The position numbers and the translations under genes were made by a program. A stretch of DNA of 64,000 nt, from NCBI GenBank assembly GCA_963705305.1, contig OY970067.1, forward strand, positions 160,001 through 224,000. The letters are read 5' to 3'. Source of the DNA: an uncultured Methylomirabilota bacterium. Its GTDB lineage: Bacteria; Methylomirabilota; Methylomirabilia; Methylomirabilales; 2-02-FULL-66-22. How positions within the stretch are numbered: the first letter of the stretch is position 1; the number at the start of each line of letters is the position of its first letter. This document shows positions 1-9,893 of this stretch, piece after piece. The notes below the pieces were generated by a model. It worked only from the letters and a program-made list of their open reading frames with translations, had not been told where the DNA came from and ran no database searches.

Positions 1-596
1 ATGATGGCCGCCATGATGTGCTCGATCACCAGGAGGGTCACCCCCTGGTCCCGGATCTTCTTGAGGATCTCCAGCATGTGGGCCAGCTCCGTCGGGTTCA
101 GCCCCGCCATCACCTCGTCGAGGAGCAGCAGCCGGGGCCGGGTGGCCAGCGCCCGCGCGACTTCCAGCCGCTTCCGGTCGGAGATGGTCAGGCTCTTCGC
201 CGCCTTGTCCCGGCAGTCCGAGAGCCCCACCAGATCCATCACCTCCAGGGCCCGCTCTCGAGCCAGGCCCGGATCGGCCGTCCGCAGGAAACTCCCCACC
301 ATCACATTCTGGAGGGCCGTCAGATTTCCAAACGGCTTCACCACCTGGAAGGTGCGCACCAGCCCGCTCCGGCACAGGTGGGGAGCCCTCAGGTGGTTGA
401 CCGGCTCGCCCGCAAAGGTCACCCGGCCCTGGTCGGGCCGGAAAAAGCCGGAGACCACGTTGAAGAGCGTGGTCTTACCCGCCCCGTTCGGGCCGATCAG
501 TCCCAGAATCTCTCCCTCTGCTATTCCGAAGCTGACCTCCTTGAGGGCGGCGAGACCGCCGAAGGTCTTGGTCAGGTTCTCGGCCTGCAAAATCAT
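1..596 (-). CDS. livG: LIV-type ABC transporter ATP-binding protein, runs off the left edge of the window
   Basis: Manual translation from ATG 596: MILQAENLTKTFGGLAAL...GLIGPNGAGKTT (Walker A). The start overlaps the livM stop. Confidence 0.9.
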   Translation of the reverse strand, partial: MILQAENLTKTFGGLAALKEVSFGIAEGEILGLIGPNGAGKTTLFNVVSGFFRPDQGRVTFAGEPVNHLRAPHLCRSGLVRTFQVVKPFGNLTALQNVMVGSFLRTADPGLARERALEVMDLVGLSDCRDKAAKSLTISDRKRLEVARALATRPRLLLLDEVMAGLNPTELAHMLEILKKIRDQGVTLLVIEHIMAAI

Positions 597-1648
597 GCGT
601 CCCCCTCCAGTGATGGAGCAGGCCGCCCCTCCCGCTGCCCGAGCACTCGCTTCCACCATGCCGCAAGAGAAGGCACGATGCCCTGCGGCAGGAGGATGAC
701 CACGGCGATCAGGACGGCCCCGTAGACCACCAGGTCCAGCCCCTGCAATCCTCCCAGCTTGGCTCGCAGAACCTCCTGAAGGGGGGTCACCAGGAAAGCG
801 CCGGCCACCGGACCCCAGACGGTCCCGATCCCGCCGATGATGGCCATCATGGCCAGCAGGACCGAAAAGTCCAGGGAGAACATGGCGAACGGTTCGATGT
901 AAAAGATGTACTGGGCGTAGAAGGTGCCGGCCAAGGCGGTAAGAAAGGCGCTGACGAGCGTCGCCACCAGCTTGTAGCGAGCCGTGTCGATCCCCAGCGC
1001 TTGGGCTGCGTCCTCGTCCTCCCGGAGGGCGGCTAGGTAATAGCCCAGGCGAGAGTGCTCAATCCAGAGGCTCACCAGGACCGTGATCACCATGAAGGCC
1101 AGCGCCACGCAGGCGTAGGCGGAGAGCCCGCGGAAGACGAAGTTCCCGAGCGCGGGCTGGAAGGGCACGCTGAGGCCGATGGAGCCCCCGGTGAGGTTGT
1201 GGGCGTACAGTGTCAGGATGCGGAGCACCTCGGCAAAGGCGATGGTGACCAGCGCGAAAAAGGGGCCGCGCAGCCGGAAGCTGGGGTAGCCGATGGCGCC
1301 CGAGACAAGGGCGGCCAGGACGCCCCCGATCACCATCCCCATCCAGGGGGAAATCCCCTGGTCGATAAAGAGCAGGGTTGAGGTGTAGGCCCCGATGCCG
1401 AAGAAGGCCGCATGACCCAGCGACAGCTGCCCCGCGAGGCCTCCCACGATGTTCCAGGCAGAGCTGGCGGCCGCATAGACCATCATCATAATCAACACAT
1501 GCAGGTAGAACTTGTCCTTCACCAGGAAGGCCAGCGCGGCGGCCACCACGGCAAGGCCAGCCAGCGTCCAGAGGGAGCTGCTGGGAATGGACCGATACCC
1601 AAGCCAGCCGGAGAGCGGCGTGCCCCTCCTTTGAGTCGCGGTGCTCAT
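593..1648 (-). CDS. livM: Branched-chain amino acid ABC permease (LivM type)
   Basis: GQLSLGHAAFFGIG, LRGPFFALVT and ALREDEDAAQALGI motifs; hydrophobic. Confidence 0.92.
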   Translation of the reverse strand: MSTATQRRGTPLSGWLGYRSIPSSSLWTLAGLAVVAAALAFLVKDKFYLHVLIMMMVYAAASSAWNIVGGLAGQLSLGHAAFFGIGAYTSTLLFIDQGISPWMGMVIGGVLAALVSGAIGYPSFRLRGPFFALVTIAFAEVLRILTLYAHNLTGGSIGLSVPFQPALGNFVFRGLSAYACVALAFMVITVLVSLWIEHSRLGYYLAALREDEDAAQALGIDTARYKLVATLVSAFLTALAGTFYAQYIFYIEPFAMFSLDFSVLLAMMAIIGGIGTVWGPVAGAFLVTPLQEVLRAKLGGLQGLDLVVYGAVLIAVVILLPQGIVPSLAAWWKRVLGQREGRPAPSLEGDA

Positions 1649-2529
1649 TTGAGGCCTACCTCCTCGGCTCCGACGACTCCAAAGAGCCCCGTGGGACGAA
1701 TGAGGAGCACGACGATGAATACTACAAAGTACACGGCCTCCTTCAGCTCGGGAACGTAGAAGCCGCTGAATGCTTCCACGAGGCCGATGATGAACCCCCC
1801 CAGGAGCGCCCCGGTCAGGTTCCCCAAGCCCCCCAGCACCACCACCACGAAAGCCACCAGCACGAAGTAGGTGCCGACCGTCGGAAAGACTGGGTAGAGA
1901 GGCATGAGCAGCGCCCCGGCGACGCCCACCAGCGCCGATCCGATGGCGAAGGTGACGAGATAGACGCGATCGATGTTGATCCCCATCAACAGCGCCGCCG
2001 TCCTGTCCTGGGCCGCGCAGCGGATGGCCTTGCCCAGATAGCTTTTTTGCAGAAAGAGAAAGAGGATGCCCGTGATGGCCAGCGCCACCAGGAAGGCCAA
2101 CAGCCTGGATACCCCCAGCACCAGGGGACCGACGGAGATCACCGCTCGGGACAGTTGCGTCTGCACCGACTGGTAGTTGGCCGTCATCGACACCAGGGCC
2201 AAGTTCTGCAAGAGAATGGAGAGGCCGACGGTGGCGGCGATCTGCATGGAGGATGAAGCCTTCAGGATCGGCCGGATCACCAGGAACTCGACAACGAGAC
2301 CTACCAGAAACAAGAGGACCACCACCAGCAGGATGGATGCGTACGGGTCCAGTCCGTACAGACGGTACAGCCAGAAGGAGGCGTACATGGCGACCATGAG
2401 AAACTCGCCATGGGCGAAGTTCACCACCCGAAGGACTCCAAAGATGAGGGTCAGTCCGATGCTGATCAGTGCGTAGACGCCGCCCAAGAGGATGCCGGAC
2501 ACCGCGACCTGAGCCAGGATGACTCCCAT
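1645..2529 (-). CDS. livH: Branched-chain amino acid ABC permease (LivH type)
   Basis: YALISIGLTLIFGVLRVVNFAHGE and RPTGLFG motifs. Confidence 0.93.
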   Translation of the reverse strand: MGVILAQVAVSGILLGGVYALISIGLTLIFGVLRVVNFAHGEFLMVAMYASFWLYRLYGLDPYASILLVVVLLFLVGLVVEFLVIRPILKASSSMQIAATVGLSILLQNLALVSMTANYQSVQTQLSRAVISVGPLVLGVSRLLAFLVALAITGILFLFLQKSYLGKAIRCAAQDRTAALLMGINIDRVYLVTFAIGSALVGVAGALLMPLYPVFPTVGTYFVLVAFVVVVLGGLGNLTGALLGGFIIGLVEAFSGFYVPELKEAVYFVVFIVVLLIRPTGLFGVVGAEEVGLK

Positions 2530-2894
2530 GGCGACACCTTATTCTTGGCAGAAACTTTTCGTCAACGATGGGGCGGCGTGACGAGCGGGTTGAGAGCTAC
2601 CCCCTGCTATCGCTGCAAAGTCTCGACCCCTGCCAGCCTGAAGTTGCGTCAACCCTCGGGCTGGCCAAGGACGAATAGGACGATGCAGGTCGGGGTGACG
2701 GCCGCAAATGGGCCGACTGCGATCGGGATCACCCCCACTGCGAAGCCGGGAATTACGGGGGGGCGCCCCCGCCGGAAAACTCGATCAGCGGGAGCGCCCC
2801 CCATCACCCACCCTGTGCGGTGCTCGCCGAGGTGCCCTCACTCAGATCCGTCCGGCTCCCCCCGCACCGCCCACGATCCTTCACCGGCTAAAGC

Positions 2895-4207
2895 TCACCC
2901 CGCGTGCTTCTTCCAGGCGGGCCAGGGTATGATGGCCTCGGCCACCGCGGCCGCCTTGGGCCAGACCGTCAACAGTTGGCCCTTCTGCCACTGGAATATC
3001 AGCGGGAACGCTCGCATGTCTTGCCCGGCGTCCTTGTCGCCGGGGGGGCGAACTTGACCCCATACCCCATCGGCGTATGCTCATCCGGAATGTCCGTCGC
3101 CAGGGCTGCCTTGCGGATCGCCTCCGCGTCGGTGGAGCCTGCCCTGGAGATCACATCAAACAGCACCTGGGCGCCCATGAAGTTCATCAGGGAGTGGCCG
3201 GAGTGAGGTGCCTCCTTGAAGATCTGCTGGTACGCCTCCGCCGCCTCCTTGGCCCCCGGAGCGAACTTGGGATTGATCAGGTACTGAGTGTTGTCGACGT
3301 TGAACACGCCGGTGGCGTCATCGCCCAACGCATTGGCAAAGTCCGTGAGGGCGTAGCCGGCACCGGTCCCGATCACCGCCTTGGGCCAGAACCCCAGCTC
3401 CCGGGCCTGCTTCCAGAAGATCAGCAGGTCCTGGATGTACGAGGTGGCGATCAGCACGTCGGGCTGGGCCGCCTTCAACTTCAGGATGAGGGGAGACAGG
3501 TCGGTGGCCCTGGAGCTGTACGGATCACTCCCCAGGAGGTTCAGGCCGATCTCTTTGGCTCGCTTCTCGGCCCCGGCACCCACGGTGGTGCCGTAGAGGG
3601 CATCCTCGTGAACGATCGATACCTTGAGCTTGTCTGGAGCGATGCCCAGCTTGGGCGCAAGCACCTCTTTGCTGTAGTCGGCAGCCTTGCCGCCGTACAT
3701 GGAGCCCATGGGGGTGATGCGGAACAGGTATTTGAACCCGCGCTCGACGATGGGATCCGAGATTCCGCCCATTTCCCAATAGATCACCTGGTTCCGTTCC
3801 GCGACTTGCGTGGCCGCCATGGACAGCGTGCTGGAATAGGTGCCGATGAGGATGGGGACCTTCTCGCTGGAGATCAGACGATTGGCCTGGGAGACGGCCG
3901 CATTGGCATCGGGCGCGTCGCCTTTCACGAATTCGATCTCTTTCCCGAGGAGTCCCCCCTTCTTGTTCTGCAGGATGCGGGCGACCTCGGCGCCGCGCCA
4001 GCTCTCTTCACCCAGCAGCGCCATGTCGCCAGTGAGCGGATAGATGGCGCCGATTTTGATGGAGCCGCCGGAGGCGGCGAAGACGCGGGCCGGCGGCGCC
4101 AAGACGGCTGCGCCCAGGGCGCTGAGGCCGAGGCCTTTGAGCAGTTGCCTCCGGGTCAGATGGCCTGCCGAGGGTCCCGAGGATCTCCGTGCTTTCCTGG
4201 TATCCAT
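2895..4207 (-). pseudogene. livK: LIV-type substrate-binding protein with Tat signal, one base short in a G7/C7 run at 3042-3048 (real frameshift or sequencing error)
   Basis: LTRRQLLKG Tat motif and IKIGAIYPLTG. Adding one C restores ...KFAPPGDKDAGQDMRAFPLIFQWQKGQLLTVWPK...HAG* ending at 2895. Confidence 0.85.
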
Positions 4208-4417
4208 GTCACCCTCCTTTTTCCCGTGGTGTGGACCGGGGCGAGCACGATCGCCGGCGGTCGCTCTCTCTGGTCGACCCGACAAGCGGCATCGGTGTGA
4301 CAGGTCGTCGGCGTCGGGATGGTGCCGACGGCGCATCGGGCTGTCCGGTCGTGCACGAGGCCGGAGTTCCTGCCACGCAGACGCGTCCAAACGGCATATC
4401 TCTCGAGGGGCAGAGTA

Positions 4418-4446
4418 CGGATAGCACAAACAACCTTGCGAGTCAA
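4418..4446 (-). promoter_or_regulatory. Candidate sigma70 promoter for liv operon 1
   Basis: TTGACT-N17-TATCCG with TG extension, about 200 nt upstream of livK. Confidence 0.4.
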
Positions 4447-4475
4447 TACGGTCCGGTGTTTGGAAACGCCGTCGC

Positions 4476-5477
4476 TCACGGAGCGACCGCAAGCATGATC
4501 TTGCCGATGTGCGCGCTGCGCTCCATCAACCGGTGCGCCGCCGCCGCCTCTGCAAGCGGAAAGACCTGATGAATGACCGGGCCGCACCGCCCGGCTCCCA
4601 GCACCGGCCACACCGCCTCGAGGAGCGCCTGGGCGATCCGGCCTTTCTCCGCGGTGGTGCGCGGGCGCATGGTGGAGCCGGTGAGGATGGCGCGGCGCCG
4701 CATCACCGCCGTCAGGTCGAAGTCCTCCACTTTCGCGCCGTGCATCGTGCCGACCTGGATCAGCCGTCCGTCCATGGCGAGACACGCCAGATTCCGCATC
4801 GTGTAGGGGGCGCCGACGATGTCCAGCACAACATTCACCCCCTGGCCGGCGGTGAGTTCCCGGATCCGCTCCACGAAATCGGTCTCGCGGTAGTTGATCG
4901 CCGCCGCCCCCAGCCTCTGACACGCCTCGCACTTGTCCCGGCTGCCTGCGGTGGCGTAGCTGCGGGCGCCGAATTCGCGCGCCAGCTGGATAGCGGTGAC
5001 CCCGATCCCGCTGGTGCCGCCGTGCACCAGCACGGACTCCCCTCGGGCGAGGCGCCCCATCTGGAACAGGTTGGCCCAGACGGTGAAGTATGTCTCCGGC
5101 AGCGCCGCCGCCTGGACGGGAGTGTAGCCGGCTGGCCAGGGCAGGCACTGCGGCGCCGGAACCGGGCAATACTCGGCGTACCCGCCCCCATTGGTCAGGG
5201 CGCAGACCCGGTCACCCGGCTTGAGCCCTGTCACCGCCTCGCCCGCGGCCGCCACCTCCCCCGCCACCTCCAGCCCGAGGATCGGGCTGGCGGTGGGCGG
5301 CGGCGGGTAAACCCCCTGGCGCTGCAGCACGTCGGGGCGATTCACCCCGGCCGCCTGCACGCGGATCAGGACCTCATCCGGCCTCGGCCGGGGTACGGGG
5401 GCCGTGGTCAGGCGCAGGACATCCGGCCCACCCGCCCCGACAGCTTCCATGTGGTGCATCTGCTCCGGAAGCGTCAT
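4476..5477 (-). CDS. NAD(P)H-quinone oxidoreductase (PIG3/zeta-crystallin MDR family)
   Basis: AAGVNRPDVLQRQG, LVHGGTSGIG and C-terminal HIGKIML. Confidence 0.92.
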   Translation of the reverse strand: MTLPEQMHHMEAVGAGGPDVLRLTTAPVPRPRPDEVLIRVQAAGVNRPDVLQRQGVYPPPPTASPILGLEVAGEVAAAGEAVTGLKPGDRVCALTNGGGYAEYCPVPAPQCLPWPAGYTPVQAAALPETYFTVWANLFQMGRLARGESVLVHGGTSGIGVTAIQLAREFGARSYATAGSRDKCEACQRLGAAAINYRETDFVERIRELTAGQGVNVVLDIVGAPYTMRNLACLAMDGRLIQVGTMHGAKVEDFDLTAVMRRRAILTGSTMRPRTTAEKGRIAQALLEAVWPVLGAGRCGPVIHQVFPLAEAAAAHRLMERSAHIGKIMLAVAP

Positions 5478-5546
5478 CACCTTCCCTCCCCTCGCGACCG
5501 GCATATCGGGCGCCCACGGAACGCCGGAGACCGCCGCCGGCGTCGC

Positions 5547-6710
5547 TCAGGCGCTGCGGTACAGCTTGGTCAGCACGAACTCCCGATGCCCCAGCGCCTC
5601 GGCGGCGGTGAACCGCCCGTTGCAGGTGCGGAACATCGTCTCCAGCAGCTTGTCGCCGGCCTGGTCGAAGGTCAACTGCCGCTGCAGCAGCCCCGAGACA
5701 TCCACGTCGATGTGCTCGGACATGGTGCGGACGGTGCGGGGGTTGGCCGACAGCTTGATGACCGGCAGGATGGGGTTCCCGATGACGTTCCCCTGCCCGG
5801 TGGGGAAGAAGTGCACCACGAATCCGGCCGCCGCCGCCAGCGTGACCATCTCGGCCGCCGCGGACGAGGAATCCATGAACCAGAGCCCCTTCCCCGCAGG
5901 CGCCTGGGCCGGCTCGAGGCAGCCGACGATCTTGCCCCTCTTCCCGATCTTCTGGATGTTCCCGAAGGCTTTCTCCTCGATGGTGGTCAGTCCCCCGATG
6001 ATATTCCCCTTGGTCGGCTGGGAATCGGACAGGTCGTCGGTCTTGTTCGCCACGATGAAGTCGTTGTAGTCGCTCCACATCTTCATAAACTGGGCCGCCA
6101 CCTGCGGGGTCGCGCACCGGTCGCGGACCACGGTCTCCCCGCCGGTGATCTCCAACGTCTCGCCGAAGAGGAGGGTGCAGCCCATGGCCTCCAGCTTGTC
6201 GAAGGCGTTGCCCACGGTCGGGTTGGAGCCGATCCCCGAGGTGGTGTCGGACTCCCCGCACTTGCACGAGACCCAGAGCTCGTCCGCCCGGCACTCTACC
6301 TTCTGCTGCTCGGTGGCCCGCTGGACGAAGTCCTTGGCCGCGCGCCCGGCGCTGGCCACCGTCTTGAGATCGCCGTTCAGCTCGATGCTGAAGCCCTCCA
6401 CCGGCTTGCCGGTCTTGGCGATGCCGTCCACGACGCGCTGCGTCCAGCCCGGCTCGATGCCGATGACCACCGCGGCGGCCACATTGGGACTTGCCCCCGT
6501 GCCGATGAGCGTGCGGAAGTGCAGCTCCAGATCGGCCCCGAACTGGAGCCGGCCGTACGGATGCGGCAGGGCCAGAGTGCCCTTGATGTTGTTCTCGACC
6601 GCCTGGCAGGCGGCGTTGGACAGGTCATCGACCGGCAGAATGGCGACGTGGCTGCGAATGCCCACGCGGCCATTCTCGCGGCGGTAGCCCATGAATGTTC
6701 GGGTTGTCAT
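5547..6710 (-). CDS. suyB: UxaA-family lyase, SuyB-like sulfolactate sulfo-lyase beta subunit
   Basis: [35 protein letters not shown] and C-terminal [13 protein letters not shown]; paired with a SAF subunit. Confidence 0.8.
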   Translation of the reverse strand: MTTRTFMGYRRENGRVGIRSHVAILPVDDLSNAACQAVENNIKGTLALPHPYGRLQFGADLELHFRTLIGTGASPNVAAAVVIGIEPGWTQRVVDGIAKTGKPVEGFSIELNGDLKTVASAGRAAKDFVQRATEQQKVECRADELWVSCKCGESDTTSGIGSNPTVGNAFDKLEAMGCTLLFGETLEITGGETVVRDRCATPQVAAQFMKMWSDYNDFIVANKTDDLSDSQPTKGNIIGGLTTIEEKAFGNIQKIGKRGKIVGCLEPAQAPAGKGLWFMDSSSAAAEMVTLAAAAGFVVHFFPTGQGNVIGNPILPVIKLSANPRTVRTMSEHIDVDVSGLLQRQLTFDQAGDKLLETMFRTCNGRFTAAEALGHREFVLTKLYRSA

Positions 6711-6713
6711 CTC

Positions 6714-6995
6714 TCACCACCTCTTCGTTTTGATGTTGTGGACGTGCGCGCGGTCGCCGGGCTGCATGCCCGCCACCGCGCGGCCGATGTCGTGGCCGTA
6801 CTTGATCACCGTGTCCCCGCTGGCGATGGTGCGGAGGGCCAGCTTGTGCCCGATGGGGATGTCGCTTCGCGCCTTGATCGTGAGGGTCTTGTCCTGGGTC
6901 ATGATCCAGCCGTTCAGATCCTGACCGGCCTTCACCCCCTCGACGACCACGACGCCCACAGAGTCCGTTTCGTCGTGCACCACGAAGTGAATCAT
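6714..6995 (-). CDS. suyA: SAF-domain protein, SuyA-like alpha subunit
   Basis: DIPIGHKLAL...VIKYG...HVHNIKTKRW. Confidence 0.8.
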   Translation of the reverse strand: MIHFVVHDETDSVGVVVVEGVKAGQDLNGWIMTQDKTLTIKARSDIPIGHKLALRTIASGDTVIKYGHDIGRAVAGMQPGDRAHVHNIKTKRW

Positions 6996-7167
6996 CGTAC
7001 CTTCCTCCTCGCGTCAGGTGGTGTTTCATGCGGCCGCGGCCGCTTCGGACGGGGCCGCGCCGGGGTCACTATAGGCCTATCCCCGCGTCCGAATCAACCG
7101 GAGACAGTTCGCGGGATCTTGCCTCGAACATAGCGCATCAGGGGCGCACGATGCGGACCGTTTCCGC

Positions 7168-8505
7168 CTACGGACTCCCTGCACCCGCCGGCGCGGTCCC
7201 TTCCCGATCCATCTCCTCCAGTTTCAAGTCGCGCGTCTCCCGGATGAAGAGCAGCGCCAGCATGGCTACCGCGCAGTACACGGCGTAGACGAGGGGCATA
7301 TAATACCACTTGTGGAGCACGTCTTGCCCGATCACCCCCGCCAGCAGCGAGGGGGCGACCATTCCCCCCATGATGGCCGAGAGACTGTACGAGATGCCGG
7401 CGCCGGAGTACCGGAACTTTGTCGGGAAGCTCTCCGAGGTCAGGATCGGGGCCAGTCCGTGCATCAGCCCGATCCCGAAGAAGGTGACGAGAAACTGCAA
7501 GCCCATGACGAGCAGGATTCGCTTCCCCAGGATGGCCAGGACGTACGGATACGAGAGCAGGGTGGTGAACGCGATCGCCAGGTACGCCACCTGCCGTCGC
7601 TTGAAGAGGTCGGAGAGCGGGCCGCTCAGGACCACCCCCAGGATGTCTCCGATCCGGGCGAGCAGGATGATGGTGGCGATCACGCCCAGCGGGATGCCGG
7701 CAAAGCGCATGAAGGAGATGACATACGTGCCGCTCACGTACCCGTCCATCTGCTGGAAGGCCGACACCAGGGCGAGGAGGATGATGGGGCCGGCGTGCTC
7801 CTTAAACACCGTGAAGCTCGGCATCCGGGCCAGCTGCTCTCGCTGCTTGAGCCGCTCGAACAGGGGGCTGTCGGCGAGCTTGTAGCGTGCCAGGAGGGCG
7901 GGGATCACGATCACGGCGGACAGCAACATGGCAACCCGCCAGCCGGTCGTCGTGAAGCTCCCGCTCAACAGCAGCATCGCCCCGCTGGCCGCCATGGCCC
8001 CCAGCGGGATGCCGAGGTTCGCCAGGGACATCCAGAAGGCGCGGGAGCGCCGTTTCGACCCGAATTCGGCGAGCAAGGCCGATGCCCCCCCGAACTCGCC
8101 GCCGAGGCCGATGCCCTGGACGATGCGCAGGAGCACGAGGAGAACCGGCGCTGCGACTCCCAGGGTGGCATACCCGGGCAGCAGGCCTGTCAGGCATGTG
8201 GCCGCCCCCACGATCAAGATGTTTATCATGAACGAGTACCTTCGGCCCACCCGATCCCCGAAGTGGCCGAAGATGAACGCCCCCAAGAGCCGGGCAGGGA
8301 ACCCGGCCCCGAACGCCAGGTAGGAGAACACCAGGGCCTGGGTCGGGGGCAGCTTGGGGAAGAAGAGCGTTGGGAAGGCGCTGGCCGCAGCGTATCCGTA
8401 GATGAAGAAATCGTAAAACTCGAGGAGCACCCCCGCCGTGGCGGAGAAGGCGAGGAGAATCAGAACGCGAAGCCCAACCACCTGGTCCCCCCGTTCCGCT
8501 TCCAT
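7168..8505 (-). CDS. MFS transporter, metabolite:H+ symporter (MHS) family
   Basis: LEFYDFFIYG, GDRVGRR, QGIGLGGEFGG and ESFPTKFRYSG. Confidence 0.92.
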   Translation of the reverse strand: MEAERGDQVVGLRVLILLAFSATAGVLLEFYDFFIYGYAAASAFPTLFFPKLPPTQALVFSYLAFGAGFPARLLGAFIFGHFGDRVGRRYSFMINILIVGAATCLTGLLPGYATLGVAAPVLLVLLRIVQGIGLGGEFGGASALLAEFGSKRRSRAFWMSLANLGIPLGAMAASGAMLLLSGSFTTTGWRVAMLLSAVIVIPALLARYKLADSPLFERLKQREQLARMPSFTVFKEHAGPIILLALVSAFQQMDGYVSGTYVISFMRFAGIPLGVIATIILLARIGDILGVVLSGPLSDLFKRRQVAYLAIAFTTLLSYPYVLAILGKRILLVMGLQFLVTFFGIGLMHGLAPILTSESFPTKFRYSGAGISYSLSAIMGGMVAPSLLAGVIGQDVLHKWYYMPLVYAVYCAVAMLALLFIRETRDLKLEEMDREGTAPAGAGSP

Positions 8506-8664
8506 TCCCTTTCTCCTTATGGACAGCCCCGTTCGGGCCAATGTGCAGCGCCCCTTCAACCCTTCAGGAGTCTCTGGTGTTCCCGCGGTGCGCGGGAGGA
8601 CAGACGTGCGCGAGGACTGCCGCCCAGAGTAGGAGCAGACCGGCCTACACTGAGGTGGCCGAGG

Positions 8665-9030
8665 CTAGGCAGGATCGGCCGGGTGTCCGCTTGAGGTTGT
8701 CCCGGTCATGGATAGCTGTCTTCGGGCCAGGATGGGCCCGGAGCGGAGGCGGGCTCCCGGGTGATTGCTTTGGAAGGCAGGGAGATGAATTCGCTCGAGC
8801 CCGTTGGACGCAGCCGGCGGATCCTGGAGGCGCAAGTCTGGGAGGGGAAGGGCGGCAGCGCAGAGCCGGTCCGTTTCCAGCGTGACACCAACGGAGGCTA
8901 TGACGTTGGACTCCAATTGCCGCGGAAAATCCGAGCCGTCCAGGTCGAGGACATCAAAGGCCAGATAAACGCAGAGCAGTGCGAAAGCGAGGACCCACGC
9001 CGATCGCCAGATCGACCGCCGCCGCACCAT
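8665..9030 (-). CDS. Small membrane-anchored hypothetical protein (paralog A)
   Basis: Basic N-terminus plus TM segment, YLAFDVLDLDGS, ends PADPA. GAGGGAG RBS and a TTGACC-N17-CATTCT promoter candidate upstream. Similar to 9894-10307. Confidence 0.65.
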   Translation of the reverse strand: MVRRRSIWRSAWVLAFALLCVYLAFDVLDLDGSDFPRQLESNVIASVGVTLETDRLCAAALPLPDLRLQDPPAASNGLERIHLPAFQSNHPGARLRSGPILARRQLSMTGTTSSGHPADPA

Positions 9031-9127
9031 GGACTCCCTCATGTGTCCGGCGAAGAACGAAGAGGTGAAACAAGCCCGGGCGAGAATGCCACAATCCGAT
9101 GCAGGGGTCAAGCTCCTCCCCTGATGC

Positions 9128-9547
9128 GCCGTGGTGCAGGCTGCGGAGGAGAGGGGGGTCTGGGCCATCGCCTACCACTCCGACATGTCCAAGTATGCCC
9201 CGAAGCATCAGCTGACGGCCACCACCCACCTGTGGGGGGACCTGTATATCAAGAACGCCAAAGAGGTCCTGGCCGGCACCTGGAAGCCGACCAGCATCTG
9301 GGGCGGGATCAAGGCCGGGATGATCAAGCTGGCCCCGCTCAATCCCGCCGTGCCCGCCGCCGTCAGGGATCAGGTGGCCAAGATCGAGAAGGAGATCGTG
9401 GCCGGCGCGTTCCATCCCTACGCCGGACCGGTGAAGGACCAGGACGGCAGCATTCGCGTGCCCGCGGGCAAGACCATGTCCGACGACGGCATGCAGAAGA
9501 TGGACTTCTACGTGGAGGGAATCCAGGGCAAGCTCCCCAAGCCGTAA
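9128..9547 (+). pseudogene. C-terminal fragment of a BMP-family ABC substrate-binding protein
   Basis: AVVQAAEERGVWAIAYHSDMSKYAP...GPVKDQDG...MDFYVEGIQG. In-frame TGA at 9122; N-terminal part absent. Confidence 0.8.
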
Positions 9548-9553
9548 CGCTCC

Positions 9554-9754
9554 CTACCCGCTACACAAAGGTGTTGAAGATTCGTTTGTCAATAGGCGCG
9601 ATTCCCCCGTGGTTACAGCGCATTCCGTCCTTTTCGGATTGGGCTGGCATCGAGGAAGATTTCCTCCCCGACAAGGCGTTCCGATTCGGTCAACCAATTC
9701 ATGCTGTTACTAGCGAAACGCCGACCGTTATCAACACCTTTGTGTAACGGCTAG
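9554..9754 (+). mobile_element. 201-bp MITE, copy 1
   Basis: TIRs CTACCCGCTACACAAAGGTGTTGA and (rc) CTAGCCGTTACACAAAGGTGTTGA match 22/24. 9-bp TSD TAACGCTCC at 9545-9553 and 9755-9763. Confidence 0.95.
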
Positions 9755-9893
9755 TAACGCTCCCGGCCCTCCCGCCCGCCCATCCTTGACGCTTCCTTGA
9801 GACCGCCGCCAGAATTCTTTCCGGGGACGGCCGGGGCGGCCATCCAGATATTGCAAGCGCCCCTTCCCTGAACTATATTGCAATCAGGAGTCT

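Noticed and set aside
4210..4410. Long livK leader as a possible riboswitch
   Set aside because: No recognisable glycine, SAM, TPP or cobalamin consensus; an Rfam search would be needed.
4509..7133. Very long opposite-strand or alternate-frame ORFs (e.g. 874 aa here; also 18133-20586, 20402-23323, 28455-31430, 41055-43226)
   Set aside because: They are shadows of well-supported genes, typical of high-GC DNA, and have no recognisable motifs.
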